DNA from: Malacoraja senta
Taxonomy: Eukaryota
Length of the DNA: 64,000 nucleotides
Direction of reading: 5' to 3'
NCBI GenBank assembly: GCA_038087875.1
Contig: CM075997.1
Coordinates: forward strand, 7,690,001-7,754,000
The translations under genes and the position numbers were made by a program. The notes under the pieces were generated by a model. That model saw nothing but the letters and a program-made list of their open reading frames with translations, had not been told where the DNA came from and ran no database searches. Positions 24,491 through 36,798 of the stretch are shown here, piece after piece (within the stretch, counting starts at the first letter, position 1; each line of letters opens with the position of its first letter).

Positions 24491-25386
24491 ATGATGATCC
24501 GATTCATTACCCTCGGCCTGTTTACATTCCCTTATGTTTATCTCACTCCCGCTAGCTATGGCATTCAATCTAAACACTTCATATATCTACATATTGCCTC
24601 TCCTACAATGACCTATATGTTTATTTCACAATATGGTTTTCCAATATGCAAGCTGTTGAATTTACCATATTAGAAACATGTCATATTGTCTTAAAATTTC
24701 CAGAATTTCATACATCATATCCCCGCATGACCCTTTGCATGGTTACGTAAGCTATATCAAATGACACCGTTCAAAACACCTAGTGGAAGTAATTGCTGAC
24801 TATTTATCATTTTGTCTACCTGCTTGATTAACATTGACGTCTTCAACATATATTACTTTTTATTATGCAAATAATTGCAAATATTAAGCACACGATATAA
24901 CACCAATCCATGTGCATTCAGTTCACAGTTCCAATCTCTTCAACATTGTAGGATTTTTCAATGTGTCCTCGACCTCTCCGCCATGCTGCTGAATAGTCTT
25001 AGGATCGGGACCATTCATGAACGACCATCTCAGCCTCCATCATCAGTGCCTACCAATCGGCATGGAACTGGGATATTGGCAGGAGTTTGCTTGCAATATA
25101 TATCCTCGATGTTTTAGCTGAGTCATAGCATAGCATCAGAAAAAAACGACAGTTATCAAATCTTCATCCGATGGTATCATGAATTATTTGTTTCTCATAC
25201 TGCTCTGTTTCGCGAGGCCCAGGATTATGAGATTATGATGGGTACAGTACAATCAAATAGAGTTATTCTTTTATATCACAGCAGATATAGCGACAGGATA
25301 TATTCCGTGTGATATAGCAACAGACACAATTGAGGTATTAGTTTTTTATACATTAATTGCAAGCTTACAATTTTATGATATGCAGA

Positions 25387-25851
25387 TCAACATTCATAGT
25401 CAACTGCATTTACAATCTCTTCTGGGGAGGGCCAGTGCTCCTCTGGTTGATAAAATCTGTCCAATCTGATACCCCTTGTTTCTTCATCAATTACTATGTT
25501 GTGAACGTTGTGCACTCTTATCCAAGCTCCTTGTTTATATTGCCTAATATTATGCATCTGATATCGGGCAAACGTCGGATCCAATTGGGGACTTGGGGAC
25601 TCATTGTAAAATGCCAACTGTACCTGGGATATTAAGCAGTTGCAATAAACACCGCACACCTGTTCTCCACGATCATCGTGAAAAATATTACGCACTCTGC
25701 CCACCATTCTGTTTATTGTACCATGACGTGGCTTGAGCATAATAACTTTTTTAACACATAAATTTGCTGCCTTACTGAGTGATTTGGAAACTTTAAATGA
25801 TATTGCTTCCACGCTCTTTATCTTCTCGCTCAGCTGTCCTAATCGTTCCAT
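25387..25851 (-). CDS. Orphan 154-aa ORF, product unknown
   Basis: ATG in AACACATGG context; 465 bp open in AT-rich unique DNA; no recognisable TE motif. Confidence 0.35.
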   Translation of the reverse strand: MERLGQLSEKIKSVEAISFKVSKSLSKAANLCVKKVIMLKPRHGTINRMVGRVRNIFHDDRGEQVCGVYCNCLISQVQLAFYNESPSPQLDPTFARYQMHNIRQYKQGAWIRVHNVHNIVIDEETRGIRLDRFYQPEEHWPSPEEIVNAVDYEC

Positions 25852-26617
25852 GTGTTTTTAGAACTTTTCAAAGTAAATGCTCCGTTAAGAGATACCGGAC
25901 TAATTCATTCGTAGGTTCAGAATACCGTACCGAAATGCCCAAACCGTGAGGTTAGGCATCAGACAAATGTGTGATAGTATGGGGAATAAGGGTTACATTT
26001 TCTACTGTCTGGGTCATGACTCATTACCCACAAGCTTAATATTCGCATCACACAGGGCCGGGGTCTCTGAGGTGCTGAATAGAGGAGAATAAATTAAACA
26101 ACCAAATAACCAAACCATGCAACTTTGATATGCACACATAACTGTAATGGATTGTCCGTACGTACCACACAACACAGTTAATTGCAATTGTATCTCCGGC
26201 TTATTTTATACCCAGATAACCAAGCACTGCATTTCCATGTTCAAGTCACATTAACCCGTTCACACTGCACATTTTGTCCTATCGTTGGTGTAGCTCCATC
26301 GGTGCAGGTCGTTGTATTTTAAACATTATTTACAAATGCATCCAATATGCGTTTTGTTCCTTATTCCAATTAGTTTGTCTAACGAGTAGGACTAGGTAGA
26401 TTGCCGGTGATTCCACCATGATGCATGCACAATTGAAATCTCCAAATAAACAGAAAAAAATAGCCAACTGCCGGTAGCGTAAGCTAAGATACTCCATTAA
26501 GGTTTAGACATTATCATCTGTCGAATATTCAGATATACCGATAACCAGAATTCGTGGAGCAGTGGCTAATGAAGAGGATTAGCTATTATTGCAGCAATAC
26601 AACCTATCAACTGCGAT

Positions 26618-26712
26618 GGTAGACAAAAATGCTGGAGAAACTCAGCGGGTGCGGAAGCATCTATAGAGCGAAGGAAATAGCCAACGTTTCGGGCCGAACC
26701 CCTTCTTCATAG
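26618..26712 (-). mobile_element. Penelope-type terminal repeat fragment with degenerate hammerhead-like core
   Basis: Same sequence family as 33535-33763 and 35469-35591. Confidence 0.75.
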
Positions 26713-26774
26713 TGATCAATTGCGATAGTGGGGCAAAGGATTGCAGATGGAGTGGACCGCGCACGTGTGCAAAG

Positions 26775-28410
26775 TCATAGAGTCATTAAATCATAGAGTG
26801 ATACACAGTGGAAACAGGCCCTTCAAACATGCCCACACCGACCAACATGTCCCAGCTACAGTACACCAATTCCACCAGCCAGCATTTGGTCCATATCCCT
26901 CCAAACCAGTTCTATTCGTATGCAGTCTAACTGATTCTTAAATCCCTAATTTGAGGAAGGTCATCCATGCTATTGATGCAGTGCAGTGTAGGTTCACGAG
27001 GTTAATCCCCGGGATGGAAAGAGTGGGCTTGCATTCACTGGAATTTAGAAGGATGAGAGGATATCTTATATAAATATAAATTTATAAAATGACTGGACAA
27101 GCTAGATGCAGGAAAAATGTTCCCAGTGATGGGGGAGTCCAGAACCAGGGGCCACATTCTAGGAATAAAGGGTAGGCGATTTAAAACTGAGATGAGAAAA
27201 CACTTTTTCACCCAGAAAGTTGTGAATTTGTGGAATTCTCTGCCACAGAAAGCAGTAGAGGCCAATTCACTGGATGGATTTAAAAGAGAGTTAAATAGAG
27301 CTCTAGGGGCTAGCGGAATCAAGGGATATGGGGAGAAGGCAGGCACGGGTTACTGATTGTGGATTATCAGCCATGATCACAATGAATGGCGATGCTGGCT
27401 CGAAGGGACAAATGGCCACGTCCTGTACCTATTTTCTACGTTTCTAAAAAGTTACCCCGCAGATTCCTATTAAATCTGTTCCCCTTCACTGTAAACCTAT
27501 GTCATCTGGTCCTCGATTCACCTACTCTGGGCAAAAAACGTTGTGCATCTACCCAACCTATTCCTCTTCTGATTGTGTACACCTCTATAACATCACCCAT
27601 CATCCTACTGCGCTCCAACGAATTGAGTCCCAGCCCACTCAACAAGTCAGACCCTCTAGTCCTGGCAATATCGTCGTAAATCTTCCCAATTTGACAACAT
27701 TTTCCCTGTACCACAGTGCACAGAACTGAACACAATACTCTAAATGTGGCCTCGCCAAACGTCCTATTCAAATGCAGCATGACATCCCAACCTCTATACT
27801 CAATACTCTGGCTGATGAAGGCCAATGTGCCAAAAGCCATTTTGACTGCCCGATCTACCTGCGACACAAACTTCAGGGAACCATACACCTGCACTCCTAG
27901 ATCCCTCTGCTCAGCAGCACCACCCAAAGCTCCACCGTTCACTCTTTAGTCCAGCCCATGTTAGAGTACCCAAAATGTAACACCTCAAGGTTTTCTGCAT
28001 TGAATTCCATCAACCATTCCTCGGCCCACTTGACCAATTGATCGAGATCCTGCTGCAAATTTCCACAACCATCTTCACTATCTGCAAAACCACTCAATTT
28101 TGTATCATATGCAAACTTGCTAATCTTGCCGTGTATGTTCTCATTCAAATTATTGACATAGATGACAAACAATACGGGCCCAACGCCGAACCCTGAGGCA
28201 CACCACTAGTCACAGACCTCCAGTCCGAGAAGCAACCTTCCACCATCATAGAAACATAGAAACAGAAAATAGGTGCAGGAATAGGCCATTCGGCCATTCG
28301 AGCCTGCACCGCCATTCAATATGATCATGGCTGATCATCCAACTCAGTATCCTGTAACTGCCTTATCTCCATACCCCCTGATCCCTTTAGCCCCAAGGGC
28401 CACATCTTCC
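26775..28410. mobile_element. Nested CR1 pieces: older minus-strand RT (26775-28248) containing a plus-strand 3' end (~26945-27445); minus-strand tail at 28249-28410
   Basis: RT motifs in ORFs 27117-27356, 27502-27942 and 27939-28172. Confidence 0.85.
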
Positions 28411-28699
28411 TCCCACTCTGCTTCCTTCCACGAAGGCAGTTTTCTTTCCATTCAGCTATCTTTCATTGGATCCCATGGCATGTAACCTTCCAGAGCATCC
28501 TACCATGAGGAACCTTGTCGAAAGCTTTACCGAAGTCCTTAAATACAATGAAGTGTTTCATTTTGTTAAATTAAACCGGGCAGGGAGCTTTAAATTAATT
28601 TTAGGGGCATACCGAACAACATAGAACGCCGATGCCGAAGGCTACAGATGCGCAGCTGCATGGAATTTGCGAGAGAGATTTGCGGAGCACTGGAATCGA

Positions 28700-31600
28700 C
28701 CTTTGTAACAGTAACCTTCTTAGGCACGGACTAGAGAGTACCCCGGTGGCTGTACACCTTTGGAATAAGTACTCCTGTTTGAGTACTGTTGGTGGGGACA
28801 GCCTACCTGGGGGCAGCGACAGCGGCCGGGCCTCCGGTACAGAGATCGGCCCAGTTGCTCAGAAAGGTAGGGAAAAGAAGAGGAGTGCAATAGTAATAGG
28901 GGACTCTATATCCTGAAATGGGAGGGAGAGCAGCCTGAGGTCGTGGTACATATAGGTACCAAATTACATAGGTATAAAAAGAGAAGAGGTCCTGAAAGGA
29001 GAATTTAGGGAGTTAGGACGAGAGTTAAGGAGAAGGACCGCAAACATAACAATCTCAGGATTACTGCCTGTGCCACGCGATAGTGAAAGTAGGAATGGAG
29101 CGAGGTGGAGGATAAATGCGTGGCTGAGGGACTGGTGCAGAGGGCATGGATTCAAGTTTTTGGATCATTGGGACCTCTTTTGGGGAAGGTGTGACCCGTA
29201 CAAAAAGGGCGGGTTGCACTTGAACCCGAGGGGGACCAATTTTAGGCGGGGGGGTTGCAAAGGCTAATGGGGAGACTTTAAATGGGGAGACTAATGGGGA
29301 GACTTTAAACTAGAACGGTTGGGGGGAGGACTCAAATTGAGAAAGCTAGTAGACAGAAATCAAAAAGGGCCACTTTTCAACATAATTTTATAAGGGGTAA
29401 GAGCGTTGTAAAAACAAGCCTGAAGGCTTTATGTCTCAATGCAAGGTGCATTCGTAATAAGGTGGATGAGTTGAGTGTGCAGATAGTTATTAATGAATAT
29501 GATATAGTTGGGATCATGGATACATGGCTCCAAGGTGAGCAATGCTGGGAGCTGAACATAACCATATAACCATATAACCATTACTGCACGGAAACAGGCC
29601 ATCTCGGCCCTTCAAGTCCGTGCCGAACATGTTTTTTTTTTTTTTTTTTAAAATTTAAATAAATACTTCCCCCTAGTCCCATCTACCTGCACTCAGACCA
29701 TAACCCTCCATTCCTTTCCCGTCCATATACCCATCGAATCTATTTTAAAGGATAAAATCGAACCAGCCTCCACTACTTCCACTGGAAGCTCATTCCACAC
29801 AGCTACCACTCTCTGAGTAAAGAAGTTCCCCCTAAACTTCTGTCCCTTAATTCTCAAGTCATGTCCCCTTGTTTGAATCTTCCCTACTCACAACGGAAAA
29901 AGTTTATCCACGTCAACTCTGTCTAACCCGCTCATAATTTTAAAGACCTCTATCAATTCCCCTCTTAACCTTCTGCGCTCCAAAGAATAAAGACCTAACT
30001 TGCTCAACCTTTCTCTGTAACGTAGTTGCTGAAACCCAGGCAACATTCTAGTAAATCTCCTCTGTACTCTCTCTATTTTGTTGACATCCTTCTTATAATT
30101 GTACAATTTTAACATTACATCCCAACTTCCATATTCAATGCTCTGATTTATAAAGGCCAGCACACCAACAGCTTTCTTTACCACCCTATCTACATGAGAT
30201 TCCACCTTCAGGGAACTATGCACAGTTATTCCTAGATCCCTCAGTTCAACTGTATTCCTCAATTCTCTACCATTTACCATGTACGTCCAGGGATATTCAA
30301 TATTCAGGAGGGATAGACAGAAAGGAAAACGAGGTGAGGTAACGTTGCTGGTTAGAGAGGAGATTAATGCAATAGAAAAGAAGGACATTAGCTTGGAGGA
30401 TGTGGAATCGATATGGGTAGAGCTGCGAAACACTAAGGGGCAGAAAACGCGAGTGGGAGTTGTGTATAGGCCACCTAACAGTAGTAGTGGAGTTGGGGAT
30501 GGCATCAAACAGGAAATTAGAAATGCGTGCAACAAAGGTAAAACAGTTATAATGGGTGACTTCAATCTACATATCGATTGGGTGAATCAAATTGGCAGGG
30601 GTGCTGAGGAAGAGGATTTCTTGGAATGTATGCGGGATAGTTTTCTAATCCAACATGTAGAAGAACGAACGAGAGAGCAGGCTATTCTAGACTGGGTATT
30701 GAGTAATGAGGAAGGGTTAGTTAGCAGTCTTGTTGTGCGTGGCCCCTTGGGAAAGAGTGACCATAATATGGTTCAGTTCTTCATTAGGATGGAAAGTGAC
30801 ATAATTAATTCAGAAACAAGGGTTCTGAACTTAAAGAAAGGTAACTTTGAGGGTATGAGACGTGAATTGGCCAAGATAGACTGGCAATTGATTCTTAAAG
30901 GGTTGACGGTGGATAGGCAATAGAAGGCATTTAAAGACTGCATGGATGAACTGCAAGAATTGTTCATCCCTGTTTGGCAAAATAATAAATCAGGGAAGGT
31001 AGTGCATCCGTGGATAACAAGGGAAATGAGGGATAGTATCAAAACAAAAGATGAAGCATACAAATTAGCCAGAAAAAGCATCCTACCAGAGGACTGGGAG
31101 AAATTCAGTCCAGCAAAGGAGGACAAAGGGATGAATTAGGAAAGGGAAAATAGATTATGAAATAAAACTGGCAGGGAACATAAAAACTGACCGCAAAAGT
31201 TTTTATAGATATGTGAAGAGAAAGAGTAGTTAAAACAAATGTAGGTCCCTTGAAGTCAGAAACAGGTGAATTGATGATGGGGAACAAGGACATGGCAGAC
31301 CAATTGAATAACTACTTTAGTTCTGTCTTCACTAAGGAAGACATAAATAATCTGTCGGAAATAGCAGGGGACCGGGGGTCAAATGAGATGGAACTGAGTG
31401 AAATCCAGGTTAGCCAGGAAGTGGTGTTAGGTAAATTGAATGGATTAATGGCCGATAAATCCCCAGGGCCAGATAGGCTGCATCCCAGAGTACTTCAAGA
31501 AGTAGCCCCAGAAACAGTGGATGCATTAGTGATAATTTTTCAAAACTCTTGAGATTCTGGAGTATTTCCTGAGGATTGGAGGGTAGCTAATGTAACCCCA

Positions 31601-33045
31601 CTTTTTTAAATGGGAGGGAGAGAGGAAACGGGGAATTACAGACCAGTTAGTCTAACACCGGTAGTGGGGAAAATGCTAGAGTCAGTTATTAAAGATGGAA
31701 TAGCAGCACATTTGGAAAATGGTGAAATCATTGGACAAAGTCAGCATAGATTTATGAAAGGTAAACCATGTCTGACGAATCTTATAGACTTTTTTGAGGA
31801 TGTAACTAGTAGAGTGGATAAGGAAGAACCAGTGGATGTATTATATCTGGACTTTCCGAAGGCTTTTGACAAGGTCCCACATAAGAGATTAGTAAGCAAA
31901 TTTAAAGCACATGGTATTGGGGGTTCAGTATTGATGTGGATAGAGAACTGGCTGGCAGACAGGAACAAAGAGTAGGGGTAAACGGGTCCTTTTCAGAATG
32001 GCAGGCAGTGACTAGTGGGGTGCCGCAAGGCTCGATGCTGGGACCCCAGCTATTTACGATATATATTAATGATTTGGACGAGGGAATTGAATGCAACATC
32101 TTCAAGTTTGCGGATGACACGAAGTTGGGGGGCAGTGTTAGCTGTGAGGAGGATGCTAGGAGGCTGCAAGGTGACTTGGATAGGTTGGGTGAGTGGGCAA
32201 ATGCATGGCAGATGCAGTATAATGTGGATAAATGTGAGGTTATCCACTTTGGTGGCAAAACAGGAAAGTAGACTTTTATCTGAATGGTGGCCGATTAGGA
32301 AAAGGGGAGATACAACGAGACCTGGGTGTCATGGTACACCAGTCATTGAAAGTAGGCATGCAGGTGCAGCAGACAGTGAAGAAAGCGAATGGTATGTTAG
32401 CATCCATAGCCAAAGGATTTGAGTATAGGAGCAGGGAGTTTCTACTGCAGTTGTACAGGGTCTTGGTGAGACCACACCTGTAGTAATGCGTACAGTTTTG
32501 GTCTCCTAATCTGAGGAAAGACAGTTTTGCCATAGAGGGAGTACAGGTAATATTCACCAGACTGATTCCTGGGATGTCCGGACTTTCATATGAAGAAAGA
32601 ATGGATAGACTCGGCTTGTACTCGGTAGCATTTAGAAGATTGTGGGGGGATCTCATAGAAACTTACAAAATTCTTAAGGGGTTGGACAGGCTAGATGCAG
32701 GTAGATTGTTCCCGATTTTGAGAAAGTCCAGAACAAGGGGTCACAGTTTAAGGATAAGGGGGAAGTCTTTTAGGACCGAGATGAGAAAAACATTTTTCAC
32801 ACAGAGAGTGGTGAATCTGTGGAATTCTCTGCCACAGAAGGTAGTTGAGACCAGTTCATTGGCTATATTTAAGAGGGAGTTAGATGTGGCCCTTGTGGTT
32901 AAGGGGATCAGGGGGTATGGAAAGGAGGCAGGTACTGGATGCTGAGTTGGATGATCAGCCATGATCATATTGAATGGCGGTGCTGGCTCGAAGGGCCGAA
33001 TACCCAACTCCTGCACCTATTTTCTATGTTTCCATGTCTATGTCT
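28700..33045 (+). mobile_element. Near full-length decayed CR1: SGNH-esterase ORF1, then EN and RT
   Basis: AIVIGDS, VVVHIGT, DHWDLFW...GLHLN (ORF1); VVYRPP, MGDFN, KSDHN (EN); KSPGPD, FADDT (RT); CTATGT tail. Confidence 0.93.
29561..30284 (-). mobile_element. Nested CR1 3' fragment, (GGTTATAT)n-tail family
   Basis: Highly similar to 60810-61595; interrupts the host EN domain. Confidence 0.9.
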
Positions 33046-33534
33046 ATACGCTGGGTAGGTGAGTACAATAATTAGGATATCAACTTCTAGCTGTTCCGGA
33101 CGTTGCAAAGACTACAATTAGCCGACGTTGTGCAAGTCTGCAGAGCCACGTGAAGGAAGGGTTACAATAATCAGGACAGGTTATAGTAGAAGTTAACAGA
33201 GTTTTAATGCTTGGGTTATTGGGAGTTATTGATCCCTAATGGAATCGGCACTTTCGTTTGGCGGCGAATTAGAAAGGATTATCTTTTAGATACCTCGAAA
33301 TTCACGAGGGACACGGGTAAAGTGATATTTTAACCAAGGCAGCGAAGCATAAAACCAATGGTTATGTACGTAAGTGAGAAGGATAGGTTTAAGGGGAATG
33401 TGAGGGGAAATTATTTTACATAGAGAACCGTGTGGTATTAGCTTCCGGATTATGTAGTTTAAACGTAATTTGTGAGGTACGAGATTGGGTAAGGTTTGTA
33501 GACATATGGGGCAAATTGATTTAATTGTACCTAA

Positions 33535-33763
33535 AATGTTCAAGAAGGAACTGCAGATGCTGGAAAATCGAAGGTAGACACAAATGCTGGAGAAACTCAG
33601 CGGGTGCGGCAGCATCTATGGAGCGAAGGAAATAGGCAACGTTTCGGGCCGAAACCCTTTTTCAGACAGCCTGAAGAAGGGTTTCGGCCAGAAACATTGC
33701 CTATTTCCTTCGGTCTTTAGATGCTGCTGCACCCGCTGAGTGTCTCCAGCATATTTGTCTACC
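33535..33763. mobile_element. Fold-back insertion of two inverted Penelope-type terminal repeats, 15-bp TSD
   Basis: ~95-bp inverted arms centred near 33668; TTTAATTGTACCTAA (33520-33534) vs TTTAATTGTATCTAA (33764-33778). Confidence 0.85.
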
Positions 33764-34108
33764 TTTAATTGTATCTAACTCATCGAGGCATTTTTCTCGG
33801 CATAACGTGTTCAAGAGAGAGTCACGAGTGTCTAATTGTCATATTTGCCAACAATGGAACAATGCAATTCTGACTGACTGCAGCATATTTGTAAACACAA
33901 TATACATAAGATAATATATAATAAGAGAAGGTTGAATGAATAAATGATTTACCACAATACTGGAAGGAAACCCCGAAGTCCTTCGTGCAACTAAGGACCA
34001 TCCATAGAAATTGGGCCCAAAAGTCGGTTTCTATGCTGTAACCCTTTGTGATTCTGTGCAGTTCGTGTTTCAATATGCACTCCCGTCCTGACCCTTCTTC
34101 AGTCCGAT

Positions 34109-34109
34109 T

Positions 34110-34141
<32 letters not shown>
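34109..34141 (+). repeat. (TG)n microsatellite
   Basis: Direct reading. Confidence 0.95.
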
Positions 34142-34249
34142 TGTGGGTGCGTGGGGGGGGGGCTGGTAGAGAGAAGAGAAAGGACAAAGCTTGGGGGATG
34201 GGGTGTGGGGGTGGGGATCGGCTGATGTAAATAGCCTCACAGTGTTCAG

Positions 34250-34560
34250 CGATTGCTCGCCACGATTTTGCTTGCCCCTCCTCCTTACCAGGTTCCCACC
34301 TTCAAAAATGTCATAGACAGAATTGTTACCCTGCGGTGGCATTGTGAATTAAAATGATCAGCAACTGAAATCACAAGATCAGTCCAGTAAAGTGAGAGCA
34401 AGTGCTTCGCAAAGCAATCACGCAAACTGCATATTACTTGAGGTGCTACGTGTTGAATGAAATACTGGACATTAGATTGGAAGAAGTGTAAAGTGAAACT
34501 TCGCATTACCTGGAATGACGATTGGGACCTTCCTGTCTGGAAATAAAGTGTCAAAGGACA
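34250..34560 (-). mobile_element. Decayed Penelope-like GIY-YIG endonuclease fragment
   Basis: VISVADHFNS resembles the 41690-41880 copy. Confidence 0.5.
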
Positions 34561-34749
34561 TTTCCTTCGATTACACGAGAAATGTCGGTGGCGGGAAAGA
34601 GCAGCATATTATTCCGACTATGTAAAATAATCCAATAAATATAACATTAACAGATGACACAGCCAACATTCCTAAGCAGCTTTAACTGCAAGAAATTAAT
34701 TCAAAGGGGAGTCTGACATTAACGGAGGATTTTCATAAGCGAAGAAAGT

Positions 34750-34945
34750 ATACGATATATATATAGATATATATGTGTGTGCAGTATTTGTATTTTTGCT
34801 GCGGAAGTGAAATGCACCGATTGAGAGTCCATACAATATTTAACACAGAGCACCCACAGTAATATCAAATTGGCTGATAGGGCGAACAACAGATTAATCG
34901 ATTTTACTATGTTTCTGCACTTTTTTTGGTTCACCATGGAATCAT
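34750..34945 (-). pseudogene. Decayed fragment (ICL3-TM6-ECL3) of a paralog of the neighbouring GPR139-like gene
   Basis: KSINLLFALSANLILLWV vs KSMILLFALSANFILLWM; DNA 34789-34915 aligns with 38151-38272. Confidence 0.8.
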
Positions 34946-35468
34946 CTGCGTTTCTTTTAATACGCAATTCTTGTCCGAGCACAGAGGAGAAACTGCTGAT
35001 CAATGAGTACAATGTAGTGTGAAAAGAACGGACATTATGTTGTCCAGAATAGATGTCCAATTTATCACAATCACTCCCCAAGTAAAATCGTCGGTGCATT
35101 CCAAATTGAGCAATGGAACATTTGCATCGTCATTACTTAATTTGCTACTATATTGGTTCTAATTATCGAGAATGTTTAATTATTTTAACTCTGACAATAG
35201 TCTCTTGTCTGCCAGTTATCTGCCTTCCGGAGTATGAAGTATACCTCCCAAAGGGAGGCTTTCGCAAAAGATCAGAACTATTTCGTCAGGATACTGCCAG
35301 GATTAGGGAATAGGGAAATCTCGTACATAATTAGATCGTTTTCTCGGAGGGTCCAATGCTCAGTGGATATATACAATAGACAATAGATAATAGGTGCAGG
35401 AGTAGGCAATTCGGCCCTACGCGCCTGCTCTGCCATTTAATGTGATCATGGCTGATCATCCACAATCA

Positions 35469-35591
35469 TTTTCCTTTCTTCTCCCCACCCCCTATCAGTC
35501 TGAAGAAGGGTTTCGGCCCGAAACGTTACCTATTTCCTTCGCTCCATAGATGCTGCTGCACCCGCTGAGTTTCTCCAGCATTTTTGTGTAC
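35469..35591 (+). mobile_element. Penelope-type terminal repeat insertion with 12-bp TSD
   Basis: CATCCACAATCA at 35457-35468 and 35592-35603. Confidence 0.85.
35496..35531 (+). ncRNA. Minimal type I hammerhead-ribozyme-like motif
   Basis: CUGAAGA-A-GGGU(UUCG)GCCC-GAAA-CG-UU; conserved core with stem II, but stems I and III very short. Confidence 0.55.
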
Positions 35592-35954
35592 CATCCACAA
35601 TCAATACCCCGTTTCTGCCTTCTCCCCATATCCACAGACTCCGCTATCGATTAAGAAATCTATCTAACTCTCTCCTGAAAGCATCCAGAGAACCGGCCTC
35701 CACCGCCTTCAGAAGCAGAGAATTCCACAGACTCACAACTCTCTGTTTAAAAAAAAAGTTTTTCCTCATCTCCGTTCTAAATGGTTACTGCTTATTCTTA
35801 AACTGTCGCCCCTGGTTCGAGACTCCCCTAACATCGGGAACATGTTTCCTGCCTCTAGTGTGTCCTAACCCTTAATAATCTTATATCTTCCAATAAGATC
35901 TCCTATCATCCTTCTACATTCCAGAGTATACAATCCCACACGATCCATTCTATA

Positions 35955-36481
35955 TCCTAAACTTCTACAGGTGCACGGTAGAGAGCATTCTGACTGATTC
36001 CATCATGGACTGGTTCGGCAACTTGAACGTCCAGGAGCGAAAAAGAATACAAAAAGTTGTGACCACTGCCCAGTCCATCACTGGATTTGACCTCCCCACC
36101 GTCGAAGGGAACTATCGTAGTCGCTGCCTCAAAAAGGCGGCCAACATCATCAAGGACCCACACCATCCTGGCCAGACACTCATCTCACCATTGCCACCAG
36201 GAAGAAGACACAGGAGACTGAAAACTGTAACGTCCAGGTTCAGGAACAACTTCTTCCCTACAGCCATCTGGCTATTAAACACAACAACGAATAAACTCTG
36301 CAAAATACAATATTATTAAAACACTGTATTTTTTATTTATCGAACTTTTTCTTTTTTTCTCTTCCCCCGTTATATACAAAGTTTAGATATTCACATGTTC
36401 TGTTGCGCTGCAGCAAGTAATAATTTCATTGTCCCATCCGGGACATATGACAATAAAAACACTCTTGGTTCTTGACTTGAC
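35955..36481 (+). mobile_element. Rex1/Babar-clade LINE 3' end
   Basis: RCLKKAANIIKDPHHP...LPPGRR...RFRNNFFP; (CTTGA)-type tail. Confidence 0.8.
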
Positions 36482-36798
36482 AAATGACAGTCCCGCCATC
36501 CCGGGAATAGACCTGCCTACCCAACGCTGCAATCCCTCAATAACAACATCTGACAGACGTTTGTAAACTTATGTGAGTATCGATAGCCAGAATCTGTTTC
36601 CCAGTGTAGAAATGTCAAAAACTAGAGGACATATCATTAAGAACCAGAAGAGGGATGTATTAAGCAAATGTGCCGGAGAACGTCTTTACACGGTGAGTGG
36701 AGCGCGCTGCCAGGAGTGGAGGTGAAAACAGACACCATATTGTCTTTTAAAACGCGTTTACTTGGGCATTTCTATGTGCATGGTATGGAGGAATATAG

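Larger units (their letters stand above)
35375..36545 (-). mobile_element. CR1 3' fragment interrupted by a Penelope-type repeat and a Rex1-like LINE
   Basis: ACAATAG tail at 35374-35390; CR1 resumes at ~36483. Confidence 0.8.

Noticed and set aside
29888..30565. 225-aa chimeric ORF as a novel fusion gene
   Set aside because: Accidental read-through from the antisense of the host CR1 EN into a nested CR1 RT fragment
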